From an uncultured Planctomycetota bacterium (lineage in GTDB: Bacteria > Planctomycetota > Planctomycetia > Isosphaerales > Isosphaeraceae), in contig CAWJTV010000041.1 in NCBI GenBank assembly GCA_963845755.1, forward strand, positions 320,001 through 384,000: 64,000 nucleotides of DNA, given 5' to 3'. The notes under the pieces are model-generated. The model saw only the letters and a program-made list of their open reading frames with translations, did not search any database and was not told the origin of the DNA. The position numbers and the translations under genes are program-made. Positions 1-11,027 of the stretch are shown here, piece by piece. How positions within the stretch are numbered: position 1 is the stretch's first letter; each line of letters starts with the position of its first letter.

Positions 1-120
1 ATTGCCCAGCAGCGTGCCCAGGCCGCCGCGGCCGAAGCCGCCGCGCCCCTGGGCCATCGCCGGGCCGGCGAACATGGCCAAGATTCCCAGACCGAGACAG
101 GTTCGGAACATCGTCTTCAT
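1..120 (-). CDS. N-terminal part of an exported Gly-rich helical protein, paralog of 249-920; runs off the window edge
   Basis: ATG at 120 after a GGAG RBS. Reads MKTMFRTCLGLGILAMFAGPAMAQGRGGFGRGGLGTLLGN, with a signal peptide and Gly-rich start like the neighbouring gene. Confidence 0.75.
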   Translation of the reverse strand, partial: MKTMFRTCLGLGILAMFAGPAMAQGRGGFGRGGLGTLLGN

Positions 121-248
121 GGTGTCGAACTCCTGGGTAGAAATGGGATGTCGTCGCGTTTTCCATGACGGGTTGGCGTCCCGGCTTCCGATGGAAAAGA
201 CCGGCGGAAGCCGGGACGCCAACGGGTCGATCCACTGTTGATGCGAAA

Positions 249-920
249 CTAGTTGCTCGGCCGAGGATCGGGCCTGTACTCGAACGGGGCGCCGAGCAGC
301 TCTTTCCACGTCTTCTGCTGCTCGTCGTTCAATTTGGCCTCGACCTTGGTGAGGTTTTCCTTACGCTGCGCGGCCGCCTTCTTCATGGCCTCTTGCCGCT
401 CCTCCTTGGTCGCGTCCTTGTTGAAGGCGCCTCGCCCTCCGCCTCCCATGCTTTCTCGGACGATGGCCTGGATGTCGGTCTTCTGGGTGTCGGTCAGGTT
501 GAGCTTATTGGCGACATCGGGGTCATTGAACGCCATGACGCCCTGCCGCTGGTAGGAGATCTGCTTGAGGCGCGCGAGTTGCTCGGGCTTGAGGAATTCG
601 CTGACCCCCTTGAGGGCCGACGCGTTCAATTCGCGGCCGATCTCCATCATCTTGGTACGCCGTTCCGCTTTCTCGAGGTCTTGCAGACCCTGGAACTTCT
701 CTTGCATCTCCTCACGGTTCTTCTGGGCGAACTCCTTGGCCTTTTCGATTTGCTGGTCATCGAGCTTCAGCTCTTTCTGCACGCTCGTATTGGCCGCCAG
801 CATGGCCAGGTTGCCGCCGCCTCCGAAGCGGCCGAAGCCTTGTGGAGGTTGGGCCGCGGCCGGGCCGGCGAGCATCGCGACCAGCCCCAGGCCGAGCAGG
901 CTACAATACCATGATTTCAT
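249..920 (-). CDS. Exported helical protein with LTxxQ-like motifs (Spy/CpxP-like, planctomycete type)
   Basis: Signal peptide ending AAA-Q; repeated LKLDDQQ / LNLTDTQK / LNDEQQK motifs; GAGGAG RBS. Confidence 0.7.
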   Translation of the reverse strand: MKSWYCSLLGLGLVAMLAGPAAAQPPQGFGRFGGGGNLAMLAANTSVQKELKLDDQQIEKAKEFAQKNREEMQEKFQGLQDLEKAERRTKMMEIGRELNASALKGVSEFLKPEQLARLKQISYQRQGVMAFNDPDVANKLNLTDTQKTDIQAIVRESMGGGGRGAFNKDATKEERQEAMKKAAAQRKENLTKVEAKLNDEQQKTWKELLGAPFEYRPDPRPSN

Positions 921-1339
921 CGGGTGAAACTCCTCTGATGGGGAATCGTGGATAAGGCCCGCCTAGGCTTTGCGACACGAATGCCGCCGAGCAGGCGGCC
1001 GTCCAGGGTGATCGCGCAGCGGAAGTACAGGCCGGGCTGTCTAACTGAGCGTCAACGGACCGTGTCTTGACCGAGTTTTGTGCGGAAATGCGATCGGATT
1101 TCCCTGCCCGGGGTCGGGCATCGATCCCTCCGTCTCCGACCGGGTCGAAACGCTCGATCCGGGCATCGCGCGGGAACACCGGCGCGGCCGATAATTGATG
1201 CGCCGCACATTGCAGGGATGGCCAGGTTTTCGATGTTTGCGGGTGGCCCGGCCACCGGCCGCCGCCATGTCGTTCCATCGGGCGGGGTGCGCCAGGCCGA
1301 GGGCGTCGGCTCGTCCGGGTCGCAGGCGAGCCGACCTCG

Positions 1340-1937
1340 TCAACTGGGCTTCTTCACGTCCTCTTCGATCAACTTGAGGAAGTCGTCGTCGCTGGGTGGT
1401 TTCTTGACGGGTTTCGGCGGCGCCTTGAAATGCTGAGGAACCGCGTCGTCGAACTCCGCCTCGTCGGCCGAGAGCCGCTCGATCACCGTGGGAGCTGCGC
1501 TTCGGCCGCTTGGGCTTGGCCGTCGTGTTATCCGTGTCCATGCCCGCGAGATCCATGAGCGAGTGGCGTGCACGCGCCTGCACGATTTCTTCATCCATCT
1601 CCTTGTGCGAGCCGAGGAACGCCTCGGGACCGGCCGGATCGTAGTCGATGGTGAAGAGGTGCCCGGCGACGCCGAGCTCCTCGTCAGGCATGACGCTCTG
1701 CTCGGCCGCGATCCGCGAACCGTTGACCGTGGTCCCATTCGTACTGCCCAGATCGCGCACGCTCCAGACGCCGTTGATCAGCCGCAGCACGCAATGCTTG
1801 CCCGAGATGTTCTCGTAATCCAGACGGATGTCGCAGGAAGGCCTGCGGCCCACCGTGAGCTCGTGCTTCATCAAGGGAATCGGGTCACCGCCGCCCACCG
1901 GATGCAAGACGCCCAGAACCTCGGATTGGGGTGGCAT
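1340..1937 (-). CDS. FHA-domain protein (frameshift near 1495, probable sequencing error)
   Basis: FHA motifs VGRRPSCDI, ISGKHC, DLGSTNGTTVNG. The acidic C-terminus continues in the 1340..1738 frame. Confidence 0.85.
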
Positions 1938-2245
1938 GGTACCTCCCTGGAGTCCTTGTTGGGACCCATCGCGAGGCATTGCCAGACGACTCAAGATCAA
2001 ATCGCGGTGAATCTTACCAGATGCGCAATTCGACTCTCAAGGGGCCTCCCACCCTCCCGGACGACTTTCCGGCTACGGCGAGCGGGTACTGGAATCTGCC
2101 GGCTCGTTGAGATAGCCTCGCAGCAACCCGAAGTGACCCGCCGCCGGCCGGTGATCGGGTGGACAATGACAGTCAGATCATCATCACACGCATCGACTCA
2201 GAAGTCCGCGGCTACCGCCCGGACGCTTTTCGGAGGAGCTTCATC

Positions 2246-3130
2246 ATGTCATCCATGGGAAATCCGCGGATCGGGTCGCGGCGCCATTTCCTGGCCACGG
2301 GGTGTATGACGGTGGGGGCGCTGGCGCTAGGAACCTCGACCCGAACTCAGGGCTCCGATTCTCCAGAGGGGGAGGGGCCGTATCATCCATTCAAGATGGG
2401 CCTTCAGAGCTACTCCCTTCGGGGTTACCTGCACGACGGGAAGGCCGACGTGCACAAGGCCCTGGCCGTGACCAAGGACCTTGGCCTGCATTATTGGGAA
2501 TCCTACACCGCGCATGTGCCGTTGAACGCCGACGCGGGGAACCTGGCGGCGCGCAAGCGCGAGATCGAGGCGGCGGGGGTCGCGGTGATCGGATACGGCG
2601 TCGTCCCACTGACCAAGAACGGCGACGCGAACCGCAAGACCTTCGAATTCGCCAAAGCCCTGGGCTTGAAATACATCTCCGCCAGTCCCGAACCCGGTGC
2701 TTTCGACGGCATCGACCGCTTGATCGAGGAATACGACGTGGCCGTCGGCATCCACAACCACGGCCCGGGCGACCGCTATGCCAAGATCGAGACTATCGCC
2801 CAGGCGATCAAGGACCATCATCCCAAGATCGGCTGCTGCATCGATACGGGCCATTTCCTGCGATCGCGGGAAGACCCGGTGCATGCCGTTGAGGTCTTCG
2901 GCAAGCGGATCTATGGCGTTCACCTGAAGGACGTCAAAGATGCCAAGGAGTTCACGATCCTCGGCAAGGGCGACCTCCGGACCTTGGACCTCCTCAAGTC
3001 GCTGGCAGCCCTCAAGTACGATTACTGCCTGGCGATCGAGTACGAGGAGAACCCGGAGAATCCGGTCGACGATATCGCGGCGTGCCTGGCCGAGGTCCGC
3101 AAGGCTCTGGTCGAGGTCCGCAAGAGCTGA
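2246..3130 (+). CDS. Tat-exported sugar phosphate isomerase/epimerase (xylose isomerase-like TIM barrel)
   Basis: Twin-arginine SRRHFL signal; GIHNHG, DTGHF, HLKD and IEYE motifs; GGAGG RBS. Confidence 0.85.
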   Translation: MSSMGNPRIGSRRHFLATGCMTVGALALGTSTRTQGSDSPEGEGPYHPFKMGLQSYSLRGYLHDGKADVHKALAVTKDLGLHYWESYTAHVPLNADAGNLAARKREIEAAGVAVIGYGVVPLTKNGDANRKTFEFAKALGLKYISASPEPGAFDGIDRLIEEYDVAVGIHNHGPGDRYAKIETIAQAIKDHHPKIGCCIDTGHFLRSREDPVHAVEVFGKRIYGVHLKDVKDAKEFTILGKGDLRTLDLLKSLAALKYDYCLAIEYEENPENPVDDIAACLAEVRKALVEVRKS

Positions 3131-3388
3131 GGGAGTTCGAAGTGGGGTCTCGCGCGGGGCCGCCCTGGCCGCGACTCGCCGGTTCGCCATGAGATTGGGC
3201 TCGGCGCACCCGGTGAGCTTCGATACACTGACGCGACAGTACGTCTCGAGAGCGGCTCGCGAGCGCCTCTCGTCACGTGCGGTGTGGTCCGGATCGGCCG
3301 GAGCGTGCGATTTCGGTGCTCGCAGCGCACGCGATCGGGCCGGCGCCATGGTTCCGGCGAGCCGCGCGGTTCGAGGAGCGAGTCCGTC

Positions 3389-4262
3389 ATGACGCCGAGG
3401 GAAGCCGTGTCCACGTCGCCCAGCGCGGTTCGCGAGATCGAGGTCCGGGTTGCGGACGGGCTCATCCTGCGCGGCCGCTGGTGGCGTCGCCAGGCACCGC
3501 GGGCGGCGTTGATCGTCGCCCATGGCTTCAGCGAACATGGCGGGACCTATCGACATGTCGCCGACACGCTGTCGCGCGCCTTGGATGTCAACGTCGTGGT
3601 GGTCGATTTCCGCGGGCACGGTACCAGTCCCGGCCGCCGTGGAGTAGTCCGCCGCTACGAGGAATTGACGGACGACCTCACGAGTGTCGTCCAGTGGGCC
3701 GGGCGACAACGGCCCGACTTGCCGCGATTCCTCCTCGGCCATTCCAACGGCGGCCAGGTCGTCCTCCGGTTCGCGCTGGAAAAGCCGGCGCCCATCGATG
3801 GACTGATCCTCTCGAACCCGGCGCTGCGCGTGGCCCTACCGATCCCGCGGCACAAGCTCCGCCTTGGTAAATGGCTCCGGAAGTACGCCGCCCTGGGTCA
3901 CGCTGAAGGGCCAACTCCGCGCCGATCTCTTGACCCGGGATCCCGACTTCCAGCAGGCGCACCGCAAAGATCCACTCCGACACAACCGGATGAGCGCGCC
4001 GCTGTTCTTCGGCATGCTCGAAGGCGGCGAGATGTTGATCGCCCGCGCCGGCGAGATCCATGCGCCTACCCTGATGATCGTGGGCGGCCAGGACTCTGTG
4101 GTCAACCCGTCCGCGGCCCGCGAGTTGTTCGACCGGCTCGGCAGCGAGGACAAGACGCTGTTGCTCTATCCCAAGATGCTCCACGAACCATTCAACGAGA
4201 TCGGCCGGGAACAGGTCTTCGACGACGTCGTCCGCTGGCTCGAGCCGCGGCTCCGCCCGTGA
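3389..4262 (+). CDS. Alpha/beta hydrolase, lysophospholipase/monoglyceride lipase family (frameshift near 3885)
   Basis: HGFSEH, DFRGHG and GHSNGG nucleophile elbow; C-terminal D and LHEPFNE in ORF 3864..4262. Confidence 0.85.
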
Positions 4263-4710
4263 ATCCGCCCTTCCGAGCAACCCGCGAGATCGAGGCTCCA
4301 ATCCGTTGCCGGGTTGATGCTCCTCGCGGATCCTCCAGGCCTTTTCGCAGGCCTTTTCCCCGGAGCGAGTCCGGCGCTCGTCATCCATCCACACGTGCTC
4401 GACCTCGGGAATTCGGCTCACCACTTCGCCCGCGGCTCGCGGGATGTCCCCGGCCGCCGGTCCGGTTGCGGGGCGAACGCTCCAGCCACTCGGAAAACGC
4501 GGGTGGGAACCGGAGAAAAAGTTACCTGTGACATGCACACTGTCACTGCCCCATCTTAGGTTCGCTGATGGAGCAACCGGAATTCCGTCACGAGCCACCG
4601 AACGCGGGACCCGTGGTGCCTGCCCTCGGGGGCGGACCATCGGAACGGAGCAAGACATCAGCTCCGAGGTTTAGCCGGCCAGATCGGTCGGGTATCGGCC
4701 GCGGCCAGCG

Positions 4711-5091
4711 ATGATGAGGAGGATGATGACGATGAGACTACCGTCGGGTCAGATCGAGGAAACCGAGGAACGGGAGGATTCCCCGGCCCAGGACGGGGAA
4801 TGGGTCAATCGTCGGGCCACGGAGCAAGCCACCCGCGCCGCGAACGCCCGGCAGCTCAGCGGCCGGCGGCGGTTCGTCGACCCGACCACCTGTGAACGGG
4901 AATACTCGGAGGCGGAGATGGAATTCATGCTGGCGATGAATGAATACAAGCGACGGAGCGGCCGGATGTTCCCCACCTGGAGCGAGGTGCTCGAAGTCCT
5001 TCGTGCCCTGGGCTATGAGAAGGTTGAGAATCCGGATACCGGTCGCGCGGTCGTCGAGCAGCAGGCTCCCGCCGGCGTGGCCGTCCGCTGA
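4711..5091 (+). CDS. Conserved planctomycete small protein of unknown function
   Basis: [50 protein letters not shown] motif; GAGGAGG RBS near the start (start codon uncertain). Confidence 0.75.
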   Translation: MMRRMMTMRLPSGQIEETEEREDSPAQDGEWVNRRATEQATRAANARQLSGRRRFVDPTTCEREYSEAEMEFMLAMNEYKRRSGRMFPTWSEVLEVLRALGYEKVENPDTGRAVVEQQAPAGVAVR

Positions 5092-5125
5092 TGCCCCGCG
5101 CCGGGCGATTCCCGAGTTCCGGCCG

Positions 5126-5154
5126 TTGACAGCCGGCTCCAAAGTCCCTATCGT
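5126..5154 (+). promoter_or_regulatory. Sigma70-type promoter upstream of gltX
   Basis: TTGACA (5126-5131), 17 bp spacer, TATCGT (5149-5154). Confidence 0.65.
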
Positions 5155-5234
5155 GACCCTGTTGTACCACTTTCTCGTAATGCCGATAGGCGTTAAGCAA
5201 GCACCGCATCGGCGGGACGCGCAACGAACGGCCG

Positions 5235-6762
5235 ATGGCCATACCCCTTGTAATGCCGATAGGCGATTCGAAGATCCGAACCCGGTTCGCGCGCCAGCCC
5301 GACCGGCTTCTTGCATATCGGCGGGGTGCGGACCGCCCTGTTCAACTGGCTGCTGGCCCGCCACCACGGCGGCCAGTTCGTCCTGCGCATCGACGATACC
5401 GACCAGCAGCGGCACGTCGAGGATGCCGTCCGGCGAATCCTCGACGGGTTCCGCTGGATCGGGATTGACTGGGATGAGGGGCCCGAGGTCGGCGGAGGCT
5501 TCGGGCCGTATTACCAGTCCGAGCGGTCCGAGATCTACCGGCGAGCGGCCGAGAAACTCATCGCCTCCGGCCACGTCTACCGGGACTACAGCACCGATCA
5601 GCAGCGCGCCGCCGAAAAAGCCGCAGCCGACCGGGAGAAGCGTGCCTACCGGTTTCGACGCCAGCCGCTGACCGATCAAGAGTCCGCCCAGTTCGAGGCC
5701 GAAGGCCGGCCCTACGCGCTGCGGTTCCAGGTCCCGACCGGCCGGACGCTCGTCCTCCACGACCAGATCAAGGGGGATGTCGAGTTTGCCACCGACGAGA
5801 TCGGCGACTTCGTCATCGTCCGGCCGGACGGCACGCCCCTCTATAATTTCGCCAGCGCGGTCAACGACATCGAGATGCAGATCACTCACGTCGTCCGGGC
5901 CGAGGAGCACCTCTCCAACACGTTCCCCCAGCTCCTGGTCTTCGAGGCGCTCGGCGCGAATCTGCCGGCCTTCGCCCACATCCCCTACGTTGCGGAGCCG
6001 GGCTCGCGGGCCAAGATGTCGAAGCGGAAGCTCGCCGAGTATGAGAAGCAGGGGGTCCTGGTCTATCACCACCAGTACATCGAGAAGGGCTATCTCCCCG
6101 AGGCGTTGCTCAATTATCTCGCCCGGTTGGGCTGGAGCTACGACGGCACTCAGGAGATCTTTCACCGGGACGAATTGATCGAGAAGTTCACCCTGGACCG
6201 CGTCAACACCTCGCCCGCCAGCCACGATCAGGACAAACTCTTCTGGATCGAGGGCGAGTGGATGAAAACGCTCCCGGTCGAGAAGAAGGTGCAGGGGGCG
6301 ATCCCGTTCCTCGTTCGCGAGGGACTGATCCCCGACCCGCCTTCGGCGGAGGATCGCGCCCGCATCGAACGCGTCATCGAGGCCCTCGGCGACCGGCTCA
6401 AGGTGTTTTCCGATATCCTCAAGTTGGGCCGGTTCTTCTTCACGAAAGAGCTGACCCACGATCCCGACGCCGTGAAGAAGCGCCTCCGCAAGGAGGGCGT
6501 CCCGTCCATGCTGTCCGACCTCGACCAGGTGCTGGCTGCGGCGGAGCCCTTCGACCTGGCAACCCTGGAAAAAGCCGTGCACGACTATGGCGAGCGAACC
6601 GGCCGCAAGATGGGCGACGTGGTCAATCCCTTGCGCGTGGCCGTCACGGGGCAGGGGGTGGGACCGGGACTTTACGATTGCCTGGTGATTCTCGGCCGCG
6701 AGACCTGCCGGGCACGGATTCGACAGGCGCTGGAGATGCTCCAGCAAACTCCGACTTCTTGA
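5235..6762 (+). CDS. gltX: Glutamate--tRNA ligase (frameshift near 5293)
   Basis: IRTRFA(P)SPTGFLHIGG HIGH motif, LRIDDTD and KMSKR motif; start codon approximate. Confidence 0.95.
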
Positions 6763-6813
6763 TGGACACCCGGTCTGTCTGGGAACCACCGACGGGCCCT
6801 GAGGACGAGCCGC

Positions 6814-7783
6814 ATGCGTCTTTTCGTCACCGGATCGATTGCTTTCGACTACATCATGGTCTTCCCCGGCCGGTTCCGCGACCACATCCTGCCGGAGAAG
6901 ATGCACGTGTTGAGCGTGTCGTTCCTCGTGGACACGCTGACGCGGCTGCGGGGCGGGACCGGGGCCAATATCTCCTTCAATCTCGGGCTGCTGGGCGAGC
7001 GGCCGATCCTGGTCGGCAGCGTGGGCGAAGACTTCAGCGAGTATCGCGCCTGGCTGGAGGGCCACGGCGTGGATTGCTCGGCCATCCACGTGGTCACCGG
7101 CGATCATACGGCCTCGTGCTTCATCAACACCGACTTGCAGGACAACCAGATCACGGCGTTCTATCCCGGCGCCATGGCGAAGGCGGCGACGATTTCGATC
7201 GCCGCGACGGGCGTCGGGCGAAACGACCTGGTCCTGATCGCGCCCAACGATCCAGCCGCGATGAACCGTTATGCCACGGAGTGCATCAAGGCGGGCATTC
7301 CGTATCTTTACGACCCGTCTATGCAGCTCCCACGACTGGAGAAACCCGATCTCGAGGCAGGTTGCCGCGGCGCGAATCCTGGCCGGGAATGACTATGAGT
7401 TCGGGATGATGGCCGATAAGCTGGGAGTGGGCGAGAGCGAGCTGCGCCGGATGACCCCGATCACGGTCATGACGCGGGGCGAGGCCGGTGCCCTGATCAC
7501 GGTCGAGCAGGAGGAGTTCGAGATCCCGCCGGCGAAACCCAAGGCTGTCGTGGACCCGACCGGGGCCGGCGATGCCTTCCGCGCCGGCTTCGTCCTGGGC
7601 CTGAAGCGCCATTGGCCCTGGCCGTTGGTCGGCCGGGTGGCCGCATTGACGGCCGTCTACGCCATCGAGCACCGGGGACCGCAATCCCACTCGTACACGC
7701 TCGAGGAGTTCGTCAGTCGTTACCAGGAGAATTACGGACGGGCCCCCGAGCTCGACGCTCTCCTGGACGAAGAGTCTCGCTAA
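6814..7783 (+). CDS. PfkB-family carbohydrate/nucleoside kinase, adenosine kinase-like (frameshift near 7370)
   Basis: GSIAFD, GGTGANI and DPTGAGDAFRAG PfkB signature. Confidence 0.9.
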
Positions 7784-7860
7784 GGTTGGTGCAAGCTTCC
7801 ATCCGAAGGAAGACGCCGGGGCAGGGGGGTTGCACCAACTCGACGATCGGATGATTCCTC

Positions 7861-8316
7861 ATGTCCCGACGACGCTGGATCATCGTTCTCTCGGTGCTCG
7901 CCGTCCTCCTCGTCGGGGCCGAGGTCACGCTCCGGAATTGGCAGAGCCCCAAGGCCTGTATCCAGATCATCAACGACGGCGATGGGGCCATGGAGGATCT
8001 GGTCATCGACTACGCCAATACCAAGATCCCGGTGGGCCGGCTTGGTATGAAACAGTCGACCCATGTCTGGGTGACCGCGGGCCCCAAAGGCCCGCTCCGC
8101 CTGGACTTCCGGCAGAAGGGCAACGCGCTGAGGGGGTTCCAGGTCCCCGAATTCGATCCCCGACAAAACATCGAAGACTTCTTCAAGTTGGTCCTGGTGG
8201 TCAAGACCAACGAGATCCAGCGGTTCGTCGAGGATGATGAGTTCCGCAAGAAAACGGAAAGCCTGGGAGAACGCGTCAAACAATGGTTGAGCTCCGAGAT
8301 CGAACCCGCTCAATGA
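7861..8316 (+). CDS. Hypothetical membrane-anchored protein
   Basis: N-terminal hydrophobic anchor; 151 aa ORF filling the gap between pfkB and thpR. Confidence 0.65.
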   Translation: MSRRRWIIVLSVLAVLLVGAEVTLRNWQSPKACIQIINDGDGAMEDLVIDYANTKIPVGRLGMKQSTHVWVTAGPKGPLRLDFRQKGNALRGFQVPEFDPRQNIEDFFKLVLVVKTNEIQRFVEDDEFRKKTESLGERVKQWLSSEIEPAQ

Positions 8317-8358
8317 CGGGATAAGTTGATCAGGGAGCCGCCTCGCCGGACGACCGCC

Positions 8359-8988
8359 ATGCGTGAGACGACCCGGACCTTCATTGCGATCCCGATTCCC
8401 GAGCCGGTCGGGGCAAGGCTCGGGCGCAAGCAGGCCGAACTGGCCCTCGAAGCGCCCGGGTACCGATGGACGGCCGGTTCCCCGTTCCACCTCACGCTGG
8501 CGTTCCTCGGCGATGTCCGGAACCGCGACCTTGACGAACTATGCCGGTCCGTCGCCGCGGCCGCCGAGCCATTCAAGCGGTTCGAGCTTGTGTTAAAGGG
8601 CCTCGGCGCCTTCCCGAGCCCACAAAAGCCCCGTGTCGTCTGGGCAGGGGTCACCGCGGGTGATCTCAATCCACTCCTCGAATTACGCAAGGCGATCGTC
8701 CAGGCAACGACGCAAGTCGGCTATCGGCCCGATGATCTGAGGTTCCATCCCCACATCACGCTGGGTCGGATCAAGTCGGATCGCGGGCAGCAGGGTCGCG
8801 ATCTGACCGCGGTCGTCGATCGCGAACAGACCTGGTCGGCGGGCACCTTCACGGCCGTCGAGATCGTGACCTACGCCTCGACGCTCGACCCCAAAGGGCC
8901 CAGCTATGCACCACTGGGCCGCGCCGGCTGGCAGGCAAGAAAATCACGGAACGCGCTTGACCCGCACCGCCGTGGCATGCTACGATAG
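8359..8988 (+). CDS. thpR: RNA 2',3'-cyclic phosphodiesterase (2H family); true stop may be near 8960
   Basis: [14 protein letters not shown] and HITLGR (two HxT motifs); directly upstream of recA. Confidence 0.9.
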   Translation: MRETTRTFIAIPIPEPVGARLGRKQAELALEAPGYRWTAGSPFHLTLAFLGDVRNRDLDELCRSVAAAAEPFKRFELVLKGLGAFPSPQKPRVVWAGVTAGDLNPLLELRKAIVQATTQVGYRPDDLRFHPHITLGRIKSDRGQQGRDLTAVVDREQTWSAGTFTAVEIVTYASTLDPKGPSYAPLGRAGWQARKSRNALDPHRRGMLR

Positions 8989-9002
8989 TGTTCTAACGTA
9001 CA
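8957..9002 (+). promoter_or_regulatory. recA promoter with a putative LexA (SOS) box
   Basis: TTGACC (8957-8962), 18 bp, extended -10 TGcTACGAT (8978-8986), then TGTTC-taac-GTACA (8989-9002). Confidence 0.6.
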
Positions 9003-9034
9003 TAAACCACCATTCAGCCGGAGGAGCGATCGCC

Positions 9035-10114
9035 GTGGCCAAGCGACAAGGGACGACCGAGGTAAAGTCGACGGTGTCGGCGGAGCAGAAGGCGCTCAAC
9101 AACGCGATCAGCCAGATCGAGAAGACGTTCGGTGCCGGGGCGATCATGAAGCTGGGCGAGGGGTCGCACATGGAGGTCGAGGGCGTCTCGACGGGGGCGC
9201 TCTCGCTAGACCTGGCGCTCGGGGGCAAGGGTTTGCCTCGGGGGCGAATCATCGAGCTATTCGGCCCGGAGTCGAGCGGCAAGACGACGATCGCGCTGCA
9301 CGCGGTGGCCCAGGCCCAGCGGGATGGCGGCGTGGCGGCGTTCATCGACGCCGAACACGCGCTGGACCCATCTTGGTGCAAGCGGCTGGGTGTGGACATC
9401 GAGGCGCTCCTGGTCAGCCAGCCCGGCAGCGCCGAGGAGGCGCTCCAGATCGCCGAGATGCTGGTCCTCTCGAACGCGGTGGACATCATCGTCATCGACT
9501 CGGTGGCGGCGCTGGTGCCCAGGGCCGAGATCGAGGGCGAGATTGGCGACAGTTTCGTCGGCATCCAGGCCCGGCTGATGAGCCAGGCGCTCCGCAAGCT
9601 GACGGGCGGGGTCTCGCGGTCGAAGTGCGTGCTGATCTTCATCAACCAGATCCGCGAGAAGATTGGCGTGATGTTCGGCAGCCCCGAAACTACGCCGGGC
9701 GGCCGGGCGCTGAAGTTCTACAGCTCGGCCCGCATCGACGTCCGCCGCATCGGGCCGGTCAAGGACGGCGAGGAAGTGGTCGGCTCGCGGATCAAGGCCA
9801 AGGTCGTGAAGAACAAGGTCGCGCCGCCGTTCCGCGTGTGTGAGTTCGACATGATGTACACTCATGGGATCTCCCGCGAGGCCGATTTGCTCGATCTGGC
9901 CATCGTCGACAAGCTGGTCGAGAAGTCCGGCTCGTGGTTCAACTACGGCGACCTCCGGCTCGGCCAGGGCCGCGAGAACGTCAAGCAGTACCTCCGCGAC
10001 AACACCGAGCTGGCCGACGAGATCGCGGCCAAGGTCATCGCCAACCGGACGGCCTCCGGAGCGACCTTCAGCGCCAACGGCGCGCCGGCGGCTGATGAGG
10101 GTGAGGAGGAATGA
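9035..10114 (+). CDS. recA: Recombinase A
   Basis: GTG start after [16 protein letters not shown] Walker [19 protein letters not shown]. Confidence 0.98.
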   Translation: MAKRQGTTEVKSTVSAEQKALNNAISQIEKTFGAGAIMKLGEGSHMEVEGVSTGALSLDLALGGKGLPRGRIIELFGPESSGKTTIALHAVAQAQRDGGVAAFIDAEHALDPSWCKRLGVDIEALLVSQPGSAEEALQIAEMLVLSNAVDIIVIDSVAALVPRAEIEGEIGDSFVGIQARLMSQALRKLTGGVSRSKCVLIFINQIREKIGVMFGSPETTPGGRALKFYSSARIDVRRIGPVKDGEEVVGSRIKAKVVKNKVAPPFRVCEFDMMYTHGISREADLLDLAIVDKLVEKSGSWFNYGDLRLGQGRENVKQYLRDNTELADEIAAKVIANRTASGATFSANGAPAADEGEEE

Positions 10115-10160
10115 GAAACGGGGTCAACAACAGCTTCGAGTTGGGCAGCGAGAAGCTTCA

Positions 10161-10334
10161 ATGAATTCCAGGATACGGGGCGGTCTCATTGGCATGAGCG
10201 GCTTTTTCGCCGGGGGGTTGGCGGCTTCGATTGTCCCGTGGTCACCCCTTCCTAAAGCAGTGCTTGTGGGCATCGTCGCGCTACTCGTCTCTACGGCGGT
10301 CTGGGCTGCGTTTCGTCCAAGGACCGCCTTCTAA
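10161..10334 (+). CDS. Small two-helix membrane protein
   Basis: 57 aa hydrophobic ORF MNSRIRGGLIG...VWAAFRPRTAF. Confidence 0.45.
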   Translation: MNSRIRGGLIGMSGFFAGGLAASIVPWSPLPKAVLVGIVALLVSTAVWAAFRPRTAF

Positions 10335-10380
10335 CCTCCTGTTGCGACTCGTCGCACCTTGGACCGAACGGGACTCGTTC

Positions 10381-10983
10381 TCAAACCTTCGGCGCTCCGA
10401 TCGGGCTGAACAACTCGGCGAAACTGACCTCAAATCCGGGCAGGACCGGATCGCCGGGCAAGATGCCGTCGGGACCGAAGGTATGAACCGTCCCCGACGA
10501 TTCGTAGACATCCACGATCCGGAGCCTCGGATAGACGACCCACACGCAGCGGACGCCGAGCCGGAAATACTCCACGACCTTCTCACGCTGATCCTCGGCG
10601 CGGTCGGTGGGGTTGGTTACCTCGACCGCCAGCTCGGGCACGACACTCCATGCGTTGGCGTCGGGGTCTTCCGGGGCGGCGGTTGCCAGCATCGAAGTGC
10701 TGACGAAACAGACGTCCGGACGACGGTTTCGCCCCTCATCCTCGGGCACTGGGACACCGATGAGCATTTCGATGAACGCCTCACCGAGACGATTTGACGC
10801 AGCAAATCCATTGAGTTGAGCGTACAATCGTCCCACCACGGTCACCGCACGAATACTCATCGGGGGCATCTCCACCCGCTGGCCGTGAATGAGCTCATAG
10901 AGGGCCTCGTCGGTCTCCATCGGCAGAGGCAAGGATTCGAGTGTTGCCTCCTGCTGGTCATCGGTGAGGATTGCGGTGCTCAT
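10381..10983 (-). CDS. Uma2 (DUF820) family PD-(D/E)xK endonuclease
   Basis: YELIHG, RRPDVCFVS, PELAVEV, EYFRLGVRCVWVV, LPGFEV. Confidence 0.9.
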   Translation of the reverse strand: MSTAILTDDQQEATLESLPLPMETDEALYELIHGQRVEMPPMSIRAVTVVGRLYAQLNGFAASNRLGEAFIEMLIGVPVPEDEGRNRRPDVCFVSTSMLATAAPEDPDANAWSVVPELAVEVTNPTDRAEDQREKVVEYFRLGVRCVWVVYPRLRIVDVYESSGTVHTFGPDGILPGDPVLPGFEVSFAELFSPIGAPKV

Positions 10984-11027
10984 GAGATTCCTCCGGGATC
11001 ACGTGTGCTTTGTCCTGAATCAGTCTA

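Noticed and set aside
4738..7107. 789-aa minus-strand ORF
   Set aside because: Antisense shadow of gltX and pfkB, typical of high-GC DNA.
8359..10114. thpR-recA linkage as a novel system
   Set aside because: This adjacency is already known in several bacterial phyla.
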